Below are positions 1 through 9,077 of a DNA stretch of 64,000 nucleotides, piece by piece (within the stretch, counting starts at the first letter, position 1; each line of letters begins with the position of its first letter). The stretch comes from Acidobacteriota bacterium. GTDB lineage: Bacteria > Acidobacteriota > Thermoanaerobaculia > Multivoradales > Multivoraceae. Position numbers and translations under genes: made by a program. The stretch lies in contig JAPOXA010000007.1 of NCBI GenBank assembly GCA_026707325.1, positions 20,775-84,774 on the forward strand, written 5' to 3'. Below the pieces are notes generated by a model, which saw only the letters and a program-made list of their open reading frames with translations, had not been told where the DNA came from and did no database searches.

Positions 1-1826
1 TGGAGGCTGGATGGGCGCGTCGGTTGCTCGGGGCCGCGGGAGGTGATTCCGGGGTGGCCGCGGCGCAGGGGATCAATGTGATGGCCGGCGGCGACGGCGG
101 TGGCGAGGAGGAACGCGTCGACGGCGCGGGTCTGGCGTGGAACCAGCGCTTGCAGGCGGTCCAGCTTGGCCGCGGGGAGCCGGTGGAGGCGTGGGCCGCA
201 GAGGCCGCCCACTGGGTGCGCCGGCGTGTCATCCGTGCGCCCGATGACGGGCGCACGGACTGTGACGCGTGTGGCGCGGGCCCGCGCCACACGGGTTCTC
301 GCCGGCCGCCGCCGGAGGCGGCATCGAAACGCGCCGGCCGTCAGGCCGGCTCCGCTCGGAGCTACGGGGTGTCCGCCACCGCCGCGATCTACCGTCGTGA
401 CGCGCTCGTGGAGGTAAGCGCCGCCGGCGATGCGCTCAGGCCGTTCGAGGAACGGCTCGACAGCTACTACGAGGACGTCGAGCTGGCGGACCGGCTGCAT
501 GCGGCCGGATACGGCGCGCTGGTGGTGCCGGCGGCGCGCGCGGAACATGCCGGGGCGCTGTCGAGCCGGAGCCCGCAGGCCGCGCGGCGCAGGACGCGGC
601 GCGTCTACGCGAACCGGCTGCTTGTCCTGGCTCGGCTTCTCGGCCGTGGTTTCTGGCTCAGCCTGCCCGTACTGCTGGCGCGGGACGTTGTCGACGTACT
701 GCGGCGGCCGAAGACGGCGCCGATGCCGGGCGACCTGGAGCCGCCTGGCATCGTCGACCTCGTCTGCGCCTGGGCCCGGGCGGCGCGGCTGCTGCCGCGG
801 TTCGCCCACCTCGGCCGTGGTCGTCGAACACTACAGAGAGGCCCCACACTGGGTGCGCCGGCGCCCTCGCCGGCCGCCGCTGGAGGCGGCGTTGAATCGC
901 GCCGGCCGTCAGGCCGGCACCGCAGTGTGCAGCCGGTCCTCACCGCCGTGGCGCCGCACTGGCACGACGAGGAGCACCTCGCCGGGCTCGTGCGGAACTG
1001 GCCCACGGACGCGAGCTTCGAGTTGATCGTCGTCGACAACGGCTCGGACGGCGACCTGACCGAGCTTGCAGCCGGCCGGTCGAATGTCAGCGTGCTGAAT
1101 CCCGGCCGCAACCTCGGGTTCGGCGCGGCGGTGAACCGCGGCGCCGCCGCGGCCGGCGGCGACCTGATCCTGATCCTGAACACGGACGCCGTCCCGGAAC
1201 CGGGGGCGCTGGACACCCTGGTCGAGGCCATGGCGGACCATCCCGACGCCGCCGGGCTCGCGCCCCGGCTGCTCGGCGCGGACGACGCTCCCCAGGCAGG
1301 CTGGCAGCTTCGGCGGCTACCCACGCTTCGCACCCTGGTAGGCTACTGCTGCTTCGTGGAGCCCGGGCCACAGCCGGAGCCGGCTGCCGGCACGCCGGTA
1401 GAACAGCCTGCCGCCTGCGCGCTGCTGCTGCGTCGCGCCGCGTTCGAGAACGCGGGCGGCATGGACGAACGCTTCTGGCCCGCCTGGTTCGAAGATGTCG
1501 ACCTGGCGCGCCGGCTCGCGGACCGTGGCGAACGGGTGCTGTACTGGCCGGACGCCGTCTTCCGCCACGGGCTCGGCGCCTCGGTGCCCCGGCTGGGCTA
1601 CGGTGCGTTCCTGGCCGCGTACTACCGGAACCTGGACCGCTATGCGCGGAAGCACCATGGCCGCGGTGGAGTTCTGCTGCTGCGGGCCGTGCTGGCGGGC
1701 GCGGCGCTGCTTCGTATCGTGCTGTTGCCGCTTCGGCGGCCGCGGCGGGCTCGGGGTCGTGGTGACGCCCTGGCCGGGCTGTGGCGGCTGGCGGTGGGAG
1801 CGGTTGCGGGCTGGAGGGGACGGTGA
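1..1826 (+). CDS. GT2 glycosyltransferase, 5'-partial; two GT2 domains in one frame (second domain could start at GTG 927)
   Basis: Domain 1: YGVSATAAIYRR..FEERLDSYYEDVELADRL. Domain 2: IVVDNGSDG, NLGFGAAVNRG, ILNTD, MDERFWPAWFEDVDLARR. No stop between domains; frame is open from the window start. Confidence 0.85.
   Translation, partial: EAGWARRLLGAAGGDSGVAAAQGINVMAGGDGGGEEERVDGAGLAWNQRLQAVQLGRGEPVEAWAAEAAHWVRRRVIRAPDDGRTDCDACGAGPRHTGSRRPPPEAASKRAGRQAGSARSYGVSATAAIYRRDALVEVSAAGDALRPFEERLDSYYEDVELADRLHAAGYGALVVPAARAEHAGALSSRSPQAARRRTRRVYANRLLVLARLLGRGFWLSLPVLLARDVVDVLRRPKTAPMPGDLEPPGIVDLVCAWARAARLLPRFAHLGRGRRTLQRGPTLGAPAPSPAAAGGGVESRRPSGRHRSVQPVLTAVAPHWHDEEHLAGLVRNWPTDASFELIVVDNGSDGDLTELAAGRSNVSVLNPGRNLGFGAAVNRGAAAAGGDLILILNTDAVPEPGALDTLVEAMADHPDAAGLAPRLLGADDAPQAGWQLRRLPTLRTLVGYCCFVEPGPQPEPAAGTPVEQPAACALLLRRAAFENAGGMDERFWPAWFEDVDLARRLADRGERVLYWPDAVFRHGLGASVPRLGYGAFLAAYYRNLDRYARKHHGRGGVLLLRAVLAGAALLRIVLLPLRRPRRARGRGDALAGLWRLAVGAVAGWRGR
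210..355 (+). repeat. REP/REPIN-like palindromic element, copy 1 (expanded, inside CDS)
   Basis: CACTGGGTGCGCCGGCG...CGCCGGCCGCC..GGCGGC..GCGCCGGCCGTCAGGCCGGCTCCGC; loop of the first hairpin contains perfect hairpins at 232-259 and 268-293. Confidence 0.8.
845..929 (+). repeat. REP/REPIN-like element, copy 2 (in-frame linker between GT2 domains)
   Basis: CACACTGGGTGCGCCGGCGCCCTCGCCGGC...GCCGGCCGTCAGGCCGGCACCGCAGTGTG, with imperfect terminal inverted repeats. Confidence 0.85.
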
Positions 1827-3946
1827 CTTCGGGACTGGCGATCTGCACGGTCACCTGGAACGATGCGGTAGACCTACCGCACTTCTTCGACGCTCTCGCG
1901 ACGCTGCGGGGGCCCGCGTTCCGGCTGATCGTTGTCGACAACGCGAGCAGCGACGGCACGGTGGAGTCGCTGCGCGGGCACGCCGGGACGGCCGGCTTCC
2001 CGGTCGAGGTGATTGCGCTCGACGAGAACACCGGCTTCGCCGGCGGCCTGAACCGGGCCATCGAGAGCGTGTTCGCGACTGACCCGCAACCCGAGTGGGT
2101 GCTGAGCCTGAACGCGGACGCCTGGCCGGCGCCGGACTACGCGGAGCGGTTGATCGAGAGCGCGCGGCGGTTCACGATTGCCGAGAGACCCGTCGGCGCG
2201 GTGACCGGGCGACTGCTGAGGGCGGATGCGGAGGGGACGATAGACGCCTGCGGCATGGCTCTGACCCGAGGCTGGCGGCACGTCGACCGCGGCTCCGACC
2301 AGGCCGACCACGGCCAGTACGCGGTCACCGAGCGGGTGTTCGGCGGCACCGGTGCCGCGACGCTGTTCCTGAGCGCCGCGCTCCAGGACGCGGCGGTCGA
2401 TGGGCGCGTCCTGGACGACGACTTCCACTCGTACCGGGAAGACGCCGAGCTCTGCTTCCGGCTGCAGGAGCGGGGCTGGCAGGTCCTCTACGAACCGCGG
2501 GCCCGCGCGGTCCACCGCCGCGTCAACCTGGCGCGGCGGCGGCGGGAGATGTCGCCGGAGGTCAACTTCCATTCCCTCAAGAACCGCTACCTGCTGCAGT
2601 ACTACCACCGCACCCTGGCCGATCTGCCGCGCACCTTCCTGGCGACCGCGATCCGCGAACTGGGCATCGTCGCCTACGTCCTGCTTCGGGAACGATCGTC
2701 GCTGGCCGCCTTCGGCTGGCTCTGGCGCCATCGCCGCCGGCTGCGCGAGCGACGGCGCCTCATCCGGTCCCGCCGTCTCGTCTCCGCCCGCGCGACCGCA
2801 CTCTGGTTCGGCCGCGCTTCGCTGCCAGCGGACCCGGAGCGGCCGCGGATCCTGATGCTCGGCAGCCGCGGCATCCCCGCCAACTACAGCGGCTACGAGA
2901 CGATGATCGAGGCGCTGGCGCCCCGGCTGGCCGACCGCGGCTGGCGGGTGACCGTGTACTGCCGTTCCCACTACGTCGACCGGCGGCTGCGCTCCCACCG
3001 CGGAGTGGAACTCGTCGTCCTGCCCACGCTCCGGACGAAGTACGGCGACACGCCGGTGCACACCCTGCTCTCCTGCCTCCACGCGACGCTGTTCGCGTGG
3101 GGCGCGCGGGCCGCTCTGGTCGTGAACGGCGCCAACGCGGTCTTCCTGCCGTTGCTGTGGCCGCGGCGCATCCGAACCGCCCTGCACGTCGACGGCATCG
3201 AGAAGCGGCGGGCCAAGTGGGGTTGGCCGGGACGCCTGGTCTACGCCGCCTCCGAGCGGCTCGCCTGCCTGCTGCCCGGCGTGACGGTGACCGACGCGGA
3301 CGTGATCGCCGCTCACTACCGCGCCCGCTACCGGCGCGAGTCGACGATGATCCGCTACGGCGTCGAACCCGAACCCCTGCCGGGCCATCCGATCCTCGAC
3401 GAGCTGGGCCTCGAACCCCGCGGCTACTTCCTCTATGTCAGCCGGTTCGAACCGGAGAACAACCCGCATCGGGTGGTCGCGGCCTACCGGAACGTCGGCG
3501 GCGATCTGCCCCTGGTGATGGTCGGCGACGCGCCCTACCCGAGCGACTTCATCGCCGCGATGAAGCGCGACGCCGACCCGCGGGTGCGATTCCCGGGGAC
3601 GGTCTTCGGCGAGGGCTACCGGGGCCTGCTGTCGTCCGCGCTGGCGACGGTCCACGCCACCGAGGTCGGCGGCACGCACCCGGCGCTGGTCGAGGCGATG
3701 GGCTACGGCAACTGCGTGCTGGTCAACGACGAACCCGCCAACCGCGAAACGGCGGGCGACGCCGGGGTCTACTTCGAGGTCGAGGACGAGGCATCGCTGG
3801 TCGCCGCCTTCGAGTTCGCCCGCGCCAAGCCCGAGCGCACCCGGCGCCGCGGCGAGCGGGCCGCGAGGCGAGCGGCCGAGGAGTACAACTGGGATCGCGT
3901 GGCGGACGAGTACGAGCAGCTCTTCCGGCGGCTCTCGAACCGCTAG
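1823..3946 (+). CDS. Bifunctional GT2 + GT4 glycosyltransferase
   Basis: GTG start overlaps upstream TGA. N-half: VVDNASSDGT, SLNAD, FHSYREDAELCFR. C-half: GSRGIPANYSGYET, YVSRFEPENN, EVGGTHPALVEAMG. Confidence 0.9.
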   Translation: MTSGLAICTVTWNDAVDLPHFFDALATLRGPAFRLIVVDNASSDGTVESLRGHAGTAGFPVEVIALDENTGFAGGLNRAIESVFATDPQPEWVLSLNADAWPAPDYAERLIESARRFTIAERPVGAVTGRLLRADAEGTIDACGMALTRGWRHVDRGSDQADHGQYAVTERVFGGTGAATLFLSAALQDAAVDGRVLDDDFHSYREDAELCFRLQERGWQVLYEPRARAVHRRVNLARRRREMSPEVNFHSLKNRYLLQYYHRTLADLPRTFLATAIRELGIVAYVLLRERSSLAAFGWLWRHRRRLRERRRLIRSRRLVSARATALWFGRASLPADPERPRILMLGSRGIPANYSGYETMIEALAPRLADRGWRVTVYCRSHYVDRRLRSHRGVELVVLPTLRTKYGDTPVHTLLSCLHATLFAWGARAALVVNGANAVFLPLLWPRRIRTALHVDGIEKRRAKWGWPGRLVYAASERLACLLPGVTVTDADVIAAHYRARYRRESTMIRYGVEPEPLPGHPILDELGLEPRGYFLYVSRFEPENNPHRVVAAYRNVGGDLPLVMVGDAPYPSDFIAAMKRDADPRVRFPGTVFGEGYRGLLSSALATVHATEVGGTHPALVEAMGYGNCVLVNDEPANRETAGDAGVYFEVEDEASLVAAFEFARAKPERTRRRGERAARRAAEEYNWDRVADEYEQLFRRLSNR

Positions 3947-4012
3947 GAGTCAGTGCTGCGTCTTCGCGGCGCTGACTCGCATGGAACTGGCCGCGTACTG
4001 GGTGTGCCGCGC

Positions 4013-4018
4013 TAGAAT
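4013..4018 (+). promoter_or_regulatory. Putative -10 box (TAGAAT)
   Basis: AT-rich hexamer 27 nt upstream of the ATG at 4046 in GC-rich DNA. Confidence 0.4.
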
Positions 4019-4045
4019 CCCGGCCAGCTTCTGCGAGCCCGATTC

Positions 4046-5485
4046 ATGCTCAAGCAGCGCGTTCGCCTACAGACGGCCCTGATCCTGGCCCTCGACCTCT
4101 CCCTGGTCGCGGCCGCGTTCTTCCTCGCCTACTGGATCCGCAGCGGCCTCTTCCCGCTCGTGCTGCCGGGGCTCTACCCGCAGCCGCTCTATCCGCTGAG
4201 CGACCACCTTCCGCTGCTGCCGCTGGCCCTGGTGACCTGGGGGGCGCCGCTCGTCTTCACGCGGCGCTACCGCTCGCACCGGACGGCCGATCTGAAAACG
4301 GAGGGGACCGCGATCCTCAAGGTGGCGGCGATCGCCACGCTCCTCACGCTGTTCGCCGTCTTCGTCCTGCGGCTCGACCAGCTCCTGATCCAGGACAGCC
4401 TCAGCCGAACCTGGCTGCTCCTGTTCACCGGTCTCGCCTTCCTGCTGCTGCTGGCGGACAAGATCGCGCTGCGCCTGGTCTCGCGCGACATGCGGCGGCA
4501 CGGGCTGAACCAGCGGACGGTGCTCATCGCGGGCGCGCCGGAAGCCGCGGCGCAGCTCGCCGAATCGATCGAGGACCACCCCCACTGGGGACTCCAGATC
4601 ATCGGCCTGGTCCACAGCGGCGGCAGCCACGCCGAAGGCGCCGCCGGGAACGTGCTGGGCAGCATGGACGACGTGCTGCGCATCGTCTCGGAACACGTGG
4701 TCGACGACGTGTTCTTCACCGTAACGCCCCACGAACTGCCGGCGCTCAAGGACATCATCGACGGCCTGCAGGAACAGGGCATCCGGACCCGCATCGCGCT
4801 CGATCTGCTGCCGCCGGCACACACCAGGGTCGACCTCGAGTACCTGGACGGGCGGCCGGTAGTCACGCTGTCGCCGGCGCCCTCGAACTTCCTCCTGCTG
4901 CTGTTCAAGCGCGCCTACGACTTCAGCATCGGCGCCGCCCTTCTGGTCATCAGCCTGCCCGTGATGCTGATCCTGGCGCTGTTGATCAAGGCGACCTCGT
5001 CCGGCTCCGTGCTCTACCGGCAGACCCGCTGCGGTCTGAACGGTCGCCGCTTCACGATGTACAAGCTCCGCACGATGGTCGCGGACGCCGACCAGCGGAA
5101 ACGCGAACTGGAGCACCTGAACACGATGGACGGCCCAGCGTTCAAGATGCACAGCGACCCGCGGATCACCCCGCTGGGGCACTACCTGCGCAAGTTCAGC
5201 CTGGACGAGCTGCCGCAGTTCTGGAACGTCGTGCGGGGCGACATGAGCCTGGTCGGCCCCAGGCCGCTCGAGGAGAAGGAGCCCTACACGCGGCGGCAGC
5301 GGCGGCGTCTCTCGATGAAGCCGGGCATCACCTGCCTGTGGCAGATCAGCGGCCGAAGCGATCTCGACTTCGACCGCTGGATGGAACTCGACCTGGAGTA
5401 CATCGACACCTGGTCGCCGCGGCTCGACTTCGTGATCCTGCTGAAGACGATTCCCGCGGTGCTGAGCCGGCGGGGAGCTTCGTAG
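4046..5485 (+). CDS. Polyprenyl-phosphate sugar phosphotransferase (WcaJ/WbaP-like priming transferase)
   Basis: N-terminal TM helices; C-terminal KLRTM..DPRIT..LRKFSLDELPQFWNVVRGDMSLVGPRP..KPGITCLWQISGR. Confidence 0.93.
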   Translation: MLKQRVRLQTALILALDLSLVAAAFFLAYWIRSGLFPLVLPGLYPQPLYPLSDHLPLLPLALVTWGAPLVFTRRYRSHRTADLKTEGTAILKVAAIATLLTLFAVFVLRLDQLLIQDSLSRTWLLLFTGLAFLLLLADKIALRLVSRDMRRHGLNQRTVLIAGAPEAAAQLAESIEDHPHWGLQIIGLVHSGGSHAEGAAGNVLGSMDDVLRIVSEHVVDDVFFTVTPHELPALKDIIDGLQEQGIRTRIALDLLPPAHTRVDLEYLDGRPVVTLSPAPSNFLLLLFKRAYDFSIGAALLVISLPVMLILALLIKATSSGSVLYRQTRCGLNGRRFTMYKLRTMVADADQRKRELEHLNTMDGPAFKMHSDPRITPLGHYLRKFSLDELPQFWNVVRGDMSLVGPRPLEEKEPYTRRQRRRLSMKPGITCLWQISGRSDLDFDRWMELDLEYIDTWSPRLDFVILLKTIPAVLSRRGAS

Positions 5486-6211
5486 TCAGGTGACGACGGG
5501 CAGGGCGGCCTTGCCGGGGCGGCGGCCGCGGTAGTTGTCGTCCTCGTAGGCGAGGCAACAAAGCAACCGGCCGCACTGGCCGGAGATCTTCGACGGGTTC
5601 AGGCTCAGCCCCTGCCGCTTCGCCATCTGGATGGAGATGGGCCGGAAACCGTCGAGCCAGGTCGAGCAGCAGAGCGTTCGGCCGCAGATGCCGACGCCGC
5701 CGAGGAGGCGGGCCTCGTCGCGCGGCCCGACGTGCACGAGACGAACCCGGGTCTTGAAGCGGGACTTCAGGTCGCGCAGCAACTGACGGAAGTCGACGCG
5801 CCGGTCCGCCGTGAAGTAGAACGTCGCGTTGCGGCCGTCCAGGCTGAAATCGACCCGCGACACCTTCATCTCCAGGCGGAGCGCGCGGGCCCGCTCCCGG
5901 CAGAACGCCTTGCCGCGAACCTCGTTTGCCAGTTGTTTCTCCCTGGCCGCGCGGTCCGCGTCGTCGGCCCGGCGGATGACGGAGCGCGCGCTCGACTTCT
6001 GGCACGGCTTGAACACCGGCATCGGCGACTTCTCGACCCGGCCGTAGGCGGGGCCCGGCTTCATCGACACGATGACCTCGTCGCCGCGGGCGAGCAGTTC
6101 GCCACCGGTGCTGCAGAGCGTCAGGTTCGTCTCCTCGCCGAAGCGGACGCCGACGTACGTGTCCTCGACGGCCGTGGACTGACCCGCAAAACTGCAGCCA
6201 GCGCAATTCAT
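5486..6211 (-). CDS. PSP1-domain protein (RicT/YaaT-like, Fe-S)
   Basis: FYFTADRRVDFRQLLRDL, GPRDEAR, GICGRTLCC, KRQGLSLNPSKISGQCGRLLCCLAYE. Confidence 0.9.
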   Translation of the reverse strand: MNCAGCSFAGQSTAVEDTYVGVRFGEETNLTLCSTGGELLARGDEVIVSMKPGPAYGRVEKSPMPVFKPCQKSSARSVIRRADDADRAAREKQLANEVRGKAFCRERARALRLEMKVSRVDFSLDGRNATFYFTADRRVDFRQLLRDLKSRFKTRVRLVHVGPRDEARLLGGVGICGRTLCCSTWLDGFRPISIQMAKRQGLSLNPSKISGQCGRLLCCLAYEDDNYRGRRPGKAALPVVT

Positions 6212-7503
6212 GGCGGAGGTCCGACTCCGGCGCCCCCGTCGAGCACTCTCCGCCCGATGTCCGAGCGCATCGCCTTCGACGGCCAGCGGATGAGCGCGGC
6301 CGCCCCGTAAGCCCGCTCGAGCGCCTGGCCGAGGTCCTCCCCCACCGCGCAGACGTTGAGGACGCGTCCACCCGTGGCGGTCACCGCGCCTCCGTTTCGG
6401 CCGGTGCCGGCGTGGAAGACGACGACGCCTTCGCAGGCGCGGGCGTCCTCGATGCCCTCGATCAGGTCTCCCGACGACGCCTTCCCGGGGTAGCCCCGGT
6501 TGGCCAGCACGAGGCAGGCGGAAGCGCCGGCGCGGAAGGCGAGTTGCGAGCGTCCGAAGTCGCCGCCGGCGCCGGCCAGGAAGAGGTCGACGGGATCCTC
6601 GTCGAGGCGCAGCAGCAGCGCCTGCGCCTCGGGGTCGCCGAGCCGGGTGTTGAACTCGAGCACCTGCGGGCCGTCCGGGCTCATCATCAGGCCGGCGTAG
6701 AGGACGCCCGAGAACGGCGTGCCTTCCGCCGCCATGCCGGCCACGGTGGGCTCCATTACCTCGCGCATGATCCGGTCGACCTCGCCGTCCGAAACGATGC
6801 CCGCCGGGCTGTGGGCGCCCATGCCGCCGGTGTTGGGCCCGGAGTCGCCGTCGCCGACCCGCTTGTAGTCCTTGGACGTCGCGAGCGGCAATACCCGGCG
6901 ACCGTCGCAGAAGCCGATGAAGGAAACCTCCTCGCCTGGGACGAAGGGCTCGATCAGGATGCGGTCGCCGGCGTCGCCGAACCGGCGCTCGACGAAGAAC
7001 CCGTCCAGCGCGGCCTCGAGTTCCGCGAGCGTGGAGACGATCAGGACGCCCTTGCCAGCGGCCAGACCGTCCGCCTTGAGCACGGCCGGCAGCCCGAAAC
7101 GTTCGGCCGCGCGCCGGGCGGCGTCCCGGTCGCCGGTGACTTCAAAATCGCAGGTCGGCACGCCGTGCCGGCGCATGAACTCCTTGGCGAGGACCTTGGA
7201 ACTCTCGAGACGCGCGGCCGCCCGGGTCGGGCCGAAGATCGCCAGGCCGCGCTCCCTGAAGGCGTCGACCACGCCGAGCGAGAGCGGCACCTCGGGGCCG
7301 ACGACGGCGAGGTCGATTCGGCGTTCGGCAGCGAACCGGGCCAGGCCGTCGATGTCCGTGACGTCGAGCGCGACGCTCTCGCCGCATTCCTCGGTGCCCG
7401 GACTGCCAGGCGCGCAGTAGAGTTCCGTCTCCGGCGACCGCTCCCCGATGAGCCAGCAGAGCGCGTGTTCGCGGCCGCCGTTGCCGATGACCAGGACTCT
7501 CAG
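6208..7503 (-). CDS. purD: Phosphoribosylamine--glycine ligase (probable CTG start)
   Basis: RVLVIGNGGREHAL, VVGPEVPL, KADGLAAGKGV, GPNTGGMGA, EFNTRLGDPE, GGRVLNV. Confidence 0.95.
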   Translation of the reverse strand: MRVLVIGNGGREHALCWLIGERSPETELYCAPGSPGTEECGESVALDVTDIDGLARFAAERRIDLAVVGPEVPLSLGVVDAFRERGLAIFGPTRAAARLESSKVLAKEFMRRHGVPTCDFEVTGDRDAARRAAERFGLPAVLKADGLAAGKGVLIVSTLAELEAALDGFFVERRFGDAGDRILIEPFVPGEEVSFIGFCDGRRVLPLATSKDYKRVGDGDSGPNTGGMGAHSPAGIVSDGEVDRIMREVMEPTVAGMAAEGTPFSGVLYAGLMMSPDGPQVLEFNTRLGDPEAQALLLRLDEDPVDLFLAGAGGDFGRSQLAFRAGASACLVLANRGYPGKASSGDLIEGIEDARACEGVVVFHAGTGRNGGAVTATGGRVLNVCAVGEDLGQALERAYGAAALIRWPSKAMRSDIGRRVLDGGAGVGPPP

Positions 7504-8363
7504 GGCGCCGCCTCCAGGATCGCCGCCTCGACCTCCTCGATCATCGCGTCCGGAGTGGAGGCGCCGGCGGTGACGCCGACCGTGCGGCACTCCTCGAACC
7601 AGGTTCGCCGCAGGTCGCCCGAGTCGTGGACGAGGTGGCTCCGGGGCTCGATCTCCCGGCAGATCTCCCACAGGTGACGCGTGTTCGCGCTGTGCCGGCC
7701 GCCGACGACGACGACGCAATCGACGTCAGGGTCCGCCGCCAGAGCGCGCGCCGCGTCCTGGTTCTCCTTCGTCGCGTAGCAGATCGTGTCCGCGCGCTCG
7801 GCCTCCGCCGCGCGCGCCTCGATCGTTCGCGCGACCTGCTCGTACTCCTCGCTGTTCAGCGTGGTCTGGTAGAAGATCTTGACCTTCGCGTGGCGGTCGA
7901 AGTCGAGCCGGGCGACATCGGCCGCGGTCAGCACGACGTCATACGCCTCCGGATCGAGATCCCGGGTGTAGCCGATCACCTCGCGGTGCCGCCGGTCGCC
8001 GATGAACACCAGGTGATAGCCCGCTTCGAGCGCCTGCCGGGCCTCCTCGTGGACGTCATAGACGAATGGACACGTCGTGTCGACGACCAGGAGGCCCCGT
8101 TCCAGCGCCCGCCGGTGAAACGAAGGCGGCACGCCGTGGGCCGAGAAGACGATCGTCCCGTTCTCGACGTCGTCGAGCGCGTCCGCCGTGGCGAAGCCGA
8201 GCTGGACGAGGTCGGAGACGACGCGCTCGTTGTGAACCAGTTGACCCAGGATCCGCCCGCGCCGGCCGCCGGCGGCCAGTTGCCGCACCGTGCGGTCGGC
8301 GATCCGCACACCGGCGCAGAATCCGTACTTCTCGGCGCGCCTAAGGGTCAGCGGACCCGTCAT
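7500..8363 (-). CDS. ispH: 4-hydroxy-3-methylbut-2-enyl diphosphate reductase
   Basis: GFCAGV, LVHNERV, SAHGV, DTTCPFV, QTT, TICYATKENQ, SANTRHL, TAGASTP. Confidence 0.95.
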   Translation of the reverse strand: MTGPLTLRRAEKYGFCAGVRIADRTVRQLAAGGRRGRILGQLVHNERVVSDLVQLGFATADALDDVENGTIVFSAHGVPPSFHRRALERGLLVVDTTCPFVYDVHEEARQALEAGYHLVFIGDRRHREVIGYTRDLDPEAYDVVLTAADVARLDFDRHAKVKIFYQTTLNSEEYEQVARTIEARAAEAERADTICYATKENQDAARALAADPDVDCVVVVGGRHSANTRHLWEICREIEPRSHLVHDSGDLRRTWFEECRTVGVTAGASTPDAMIEEVEAAILEAAP

Positions 8364-8419
8364 TCGTTGCTTCCGCCCGTCTATTCGAACCGACCGACCA
8401 TCCGGTCGGAGAGAGCCGC

Positions 8420-8428
8420 ATCCTAGCA
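8420..8428 (-). promoter_or_regulatory. Putative extended -10 promoter (TGCTAGGAT) for ispH-purD-PSP1
   Basis: TGCTAnnnT motif upstream of ispH; the same motif recurs before several transcription units. Confidence 0.4.
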
Positions 8429-8444
8429 GTGACAGGAGAAGCCA

Positions 8445-8509
8445 CACACTGGGTGCGCCGGCGTGCCCGCCGGCTGCCGTGAAATCGCGCCGGCCGTCAG
8501 GCCGGCTCC
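8445..8509 (+). repeat. REP/REPIN-like element, copy 3 (intergenic)
   Basis: CACACTGGGTGCGCCGGCGTGCCCGCCGGCTGCC..GCGCCGGCCGTCAGGCCGGCTCC. Confidence 0.85.
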
Positions 8510-8523
8510 TTACTTCCCGGCGC

Positions 8524-8532
8524 TGCTACACT
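8524..8532 (+). promoter_or_regulatory. Putative extended -10 promoter (TGCTACACT)
   Basis: TGn-TACACT upstream of the Rrf2 gene. Confidence 0.45.
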
Positions 8533-8554
8533 GCTCGATGGCGGGGCCCGCGCA

Positions 8555-9061
8555 ATGAAGATCTCCACCAAGGGTGAGTACGGCATCCGCGCCATGCTGT
8601 ACGTGGCGATGCACGGGGACACCGCTCCCGTGCCCAGCCACGAGATCGCTGTGAACCAGGGGATCCCGGAGCCTTACCTGCGCCAGATCCTGGCGGCCCT
8701 CGCCAGGGATCACCTGATCCGCTCGAACCGCGGTCCCCAGGGCGGCCATCTCCTGGGCCGGCCGGCCGAGAACATCTCGATGCACGACATCCTGGTCGCG
8801 CTGGAGGGGCACACGACCTCGATCGACCACATCCTCGCCCAGCCCTGCACGATCGGGGTGGGACCGAAGCACTGCGCGATCCGCGAGGTGTTCCTCAGCG
8901 TGAAGGAGGCGGTCGAGACGATCCTCTGCAACTACAGCCTGGCCGACCTGGCCGACCGCCAGCAGGAAGTCTGCGAGTGCAAGATCGAGATCCCGCACGA
9001 CCTGCCGTCGGAACGCCTCTCCACGTCGGCTGGCCGGCCGCTGCACGTCATCGCCGACTGA
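8555..9061 (+). CDS. Rrf2-family transcriptional regulator (IscR-like, Cys-rich)
   Basis: MKISTKGEYGIRAM, YLRQIL, SNRGPQGGHLLGRPAENIS, several C-terminal Cys. Confidence 0.92.
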   Translation: MKISTKGEYGIRAMLYVAMHGDTAPVPSHEIAVNQGIPEPYLRQILAALARDHLIRSNRGPQGGHLLGRPAENISMHDILVALEGHTTSIDHILAQPCTIGVGPKHCAIREVFLSVKEAVETILCNYSLADLADRQQEVCECKIEIPHDLPSERLSTSAGRPLHVIAD

Positions 9062-9077
9062 ACCCGGGTACTCGCCG

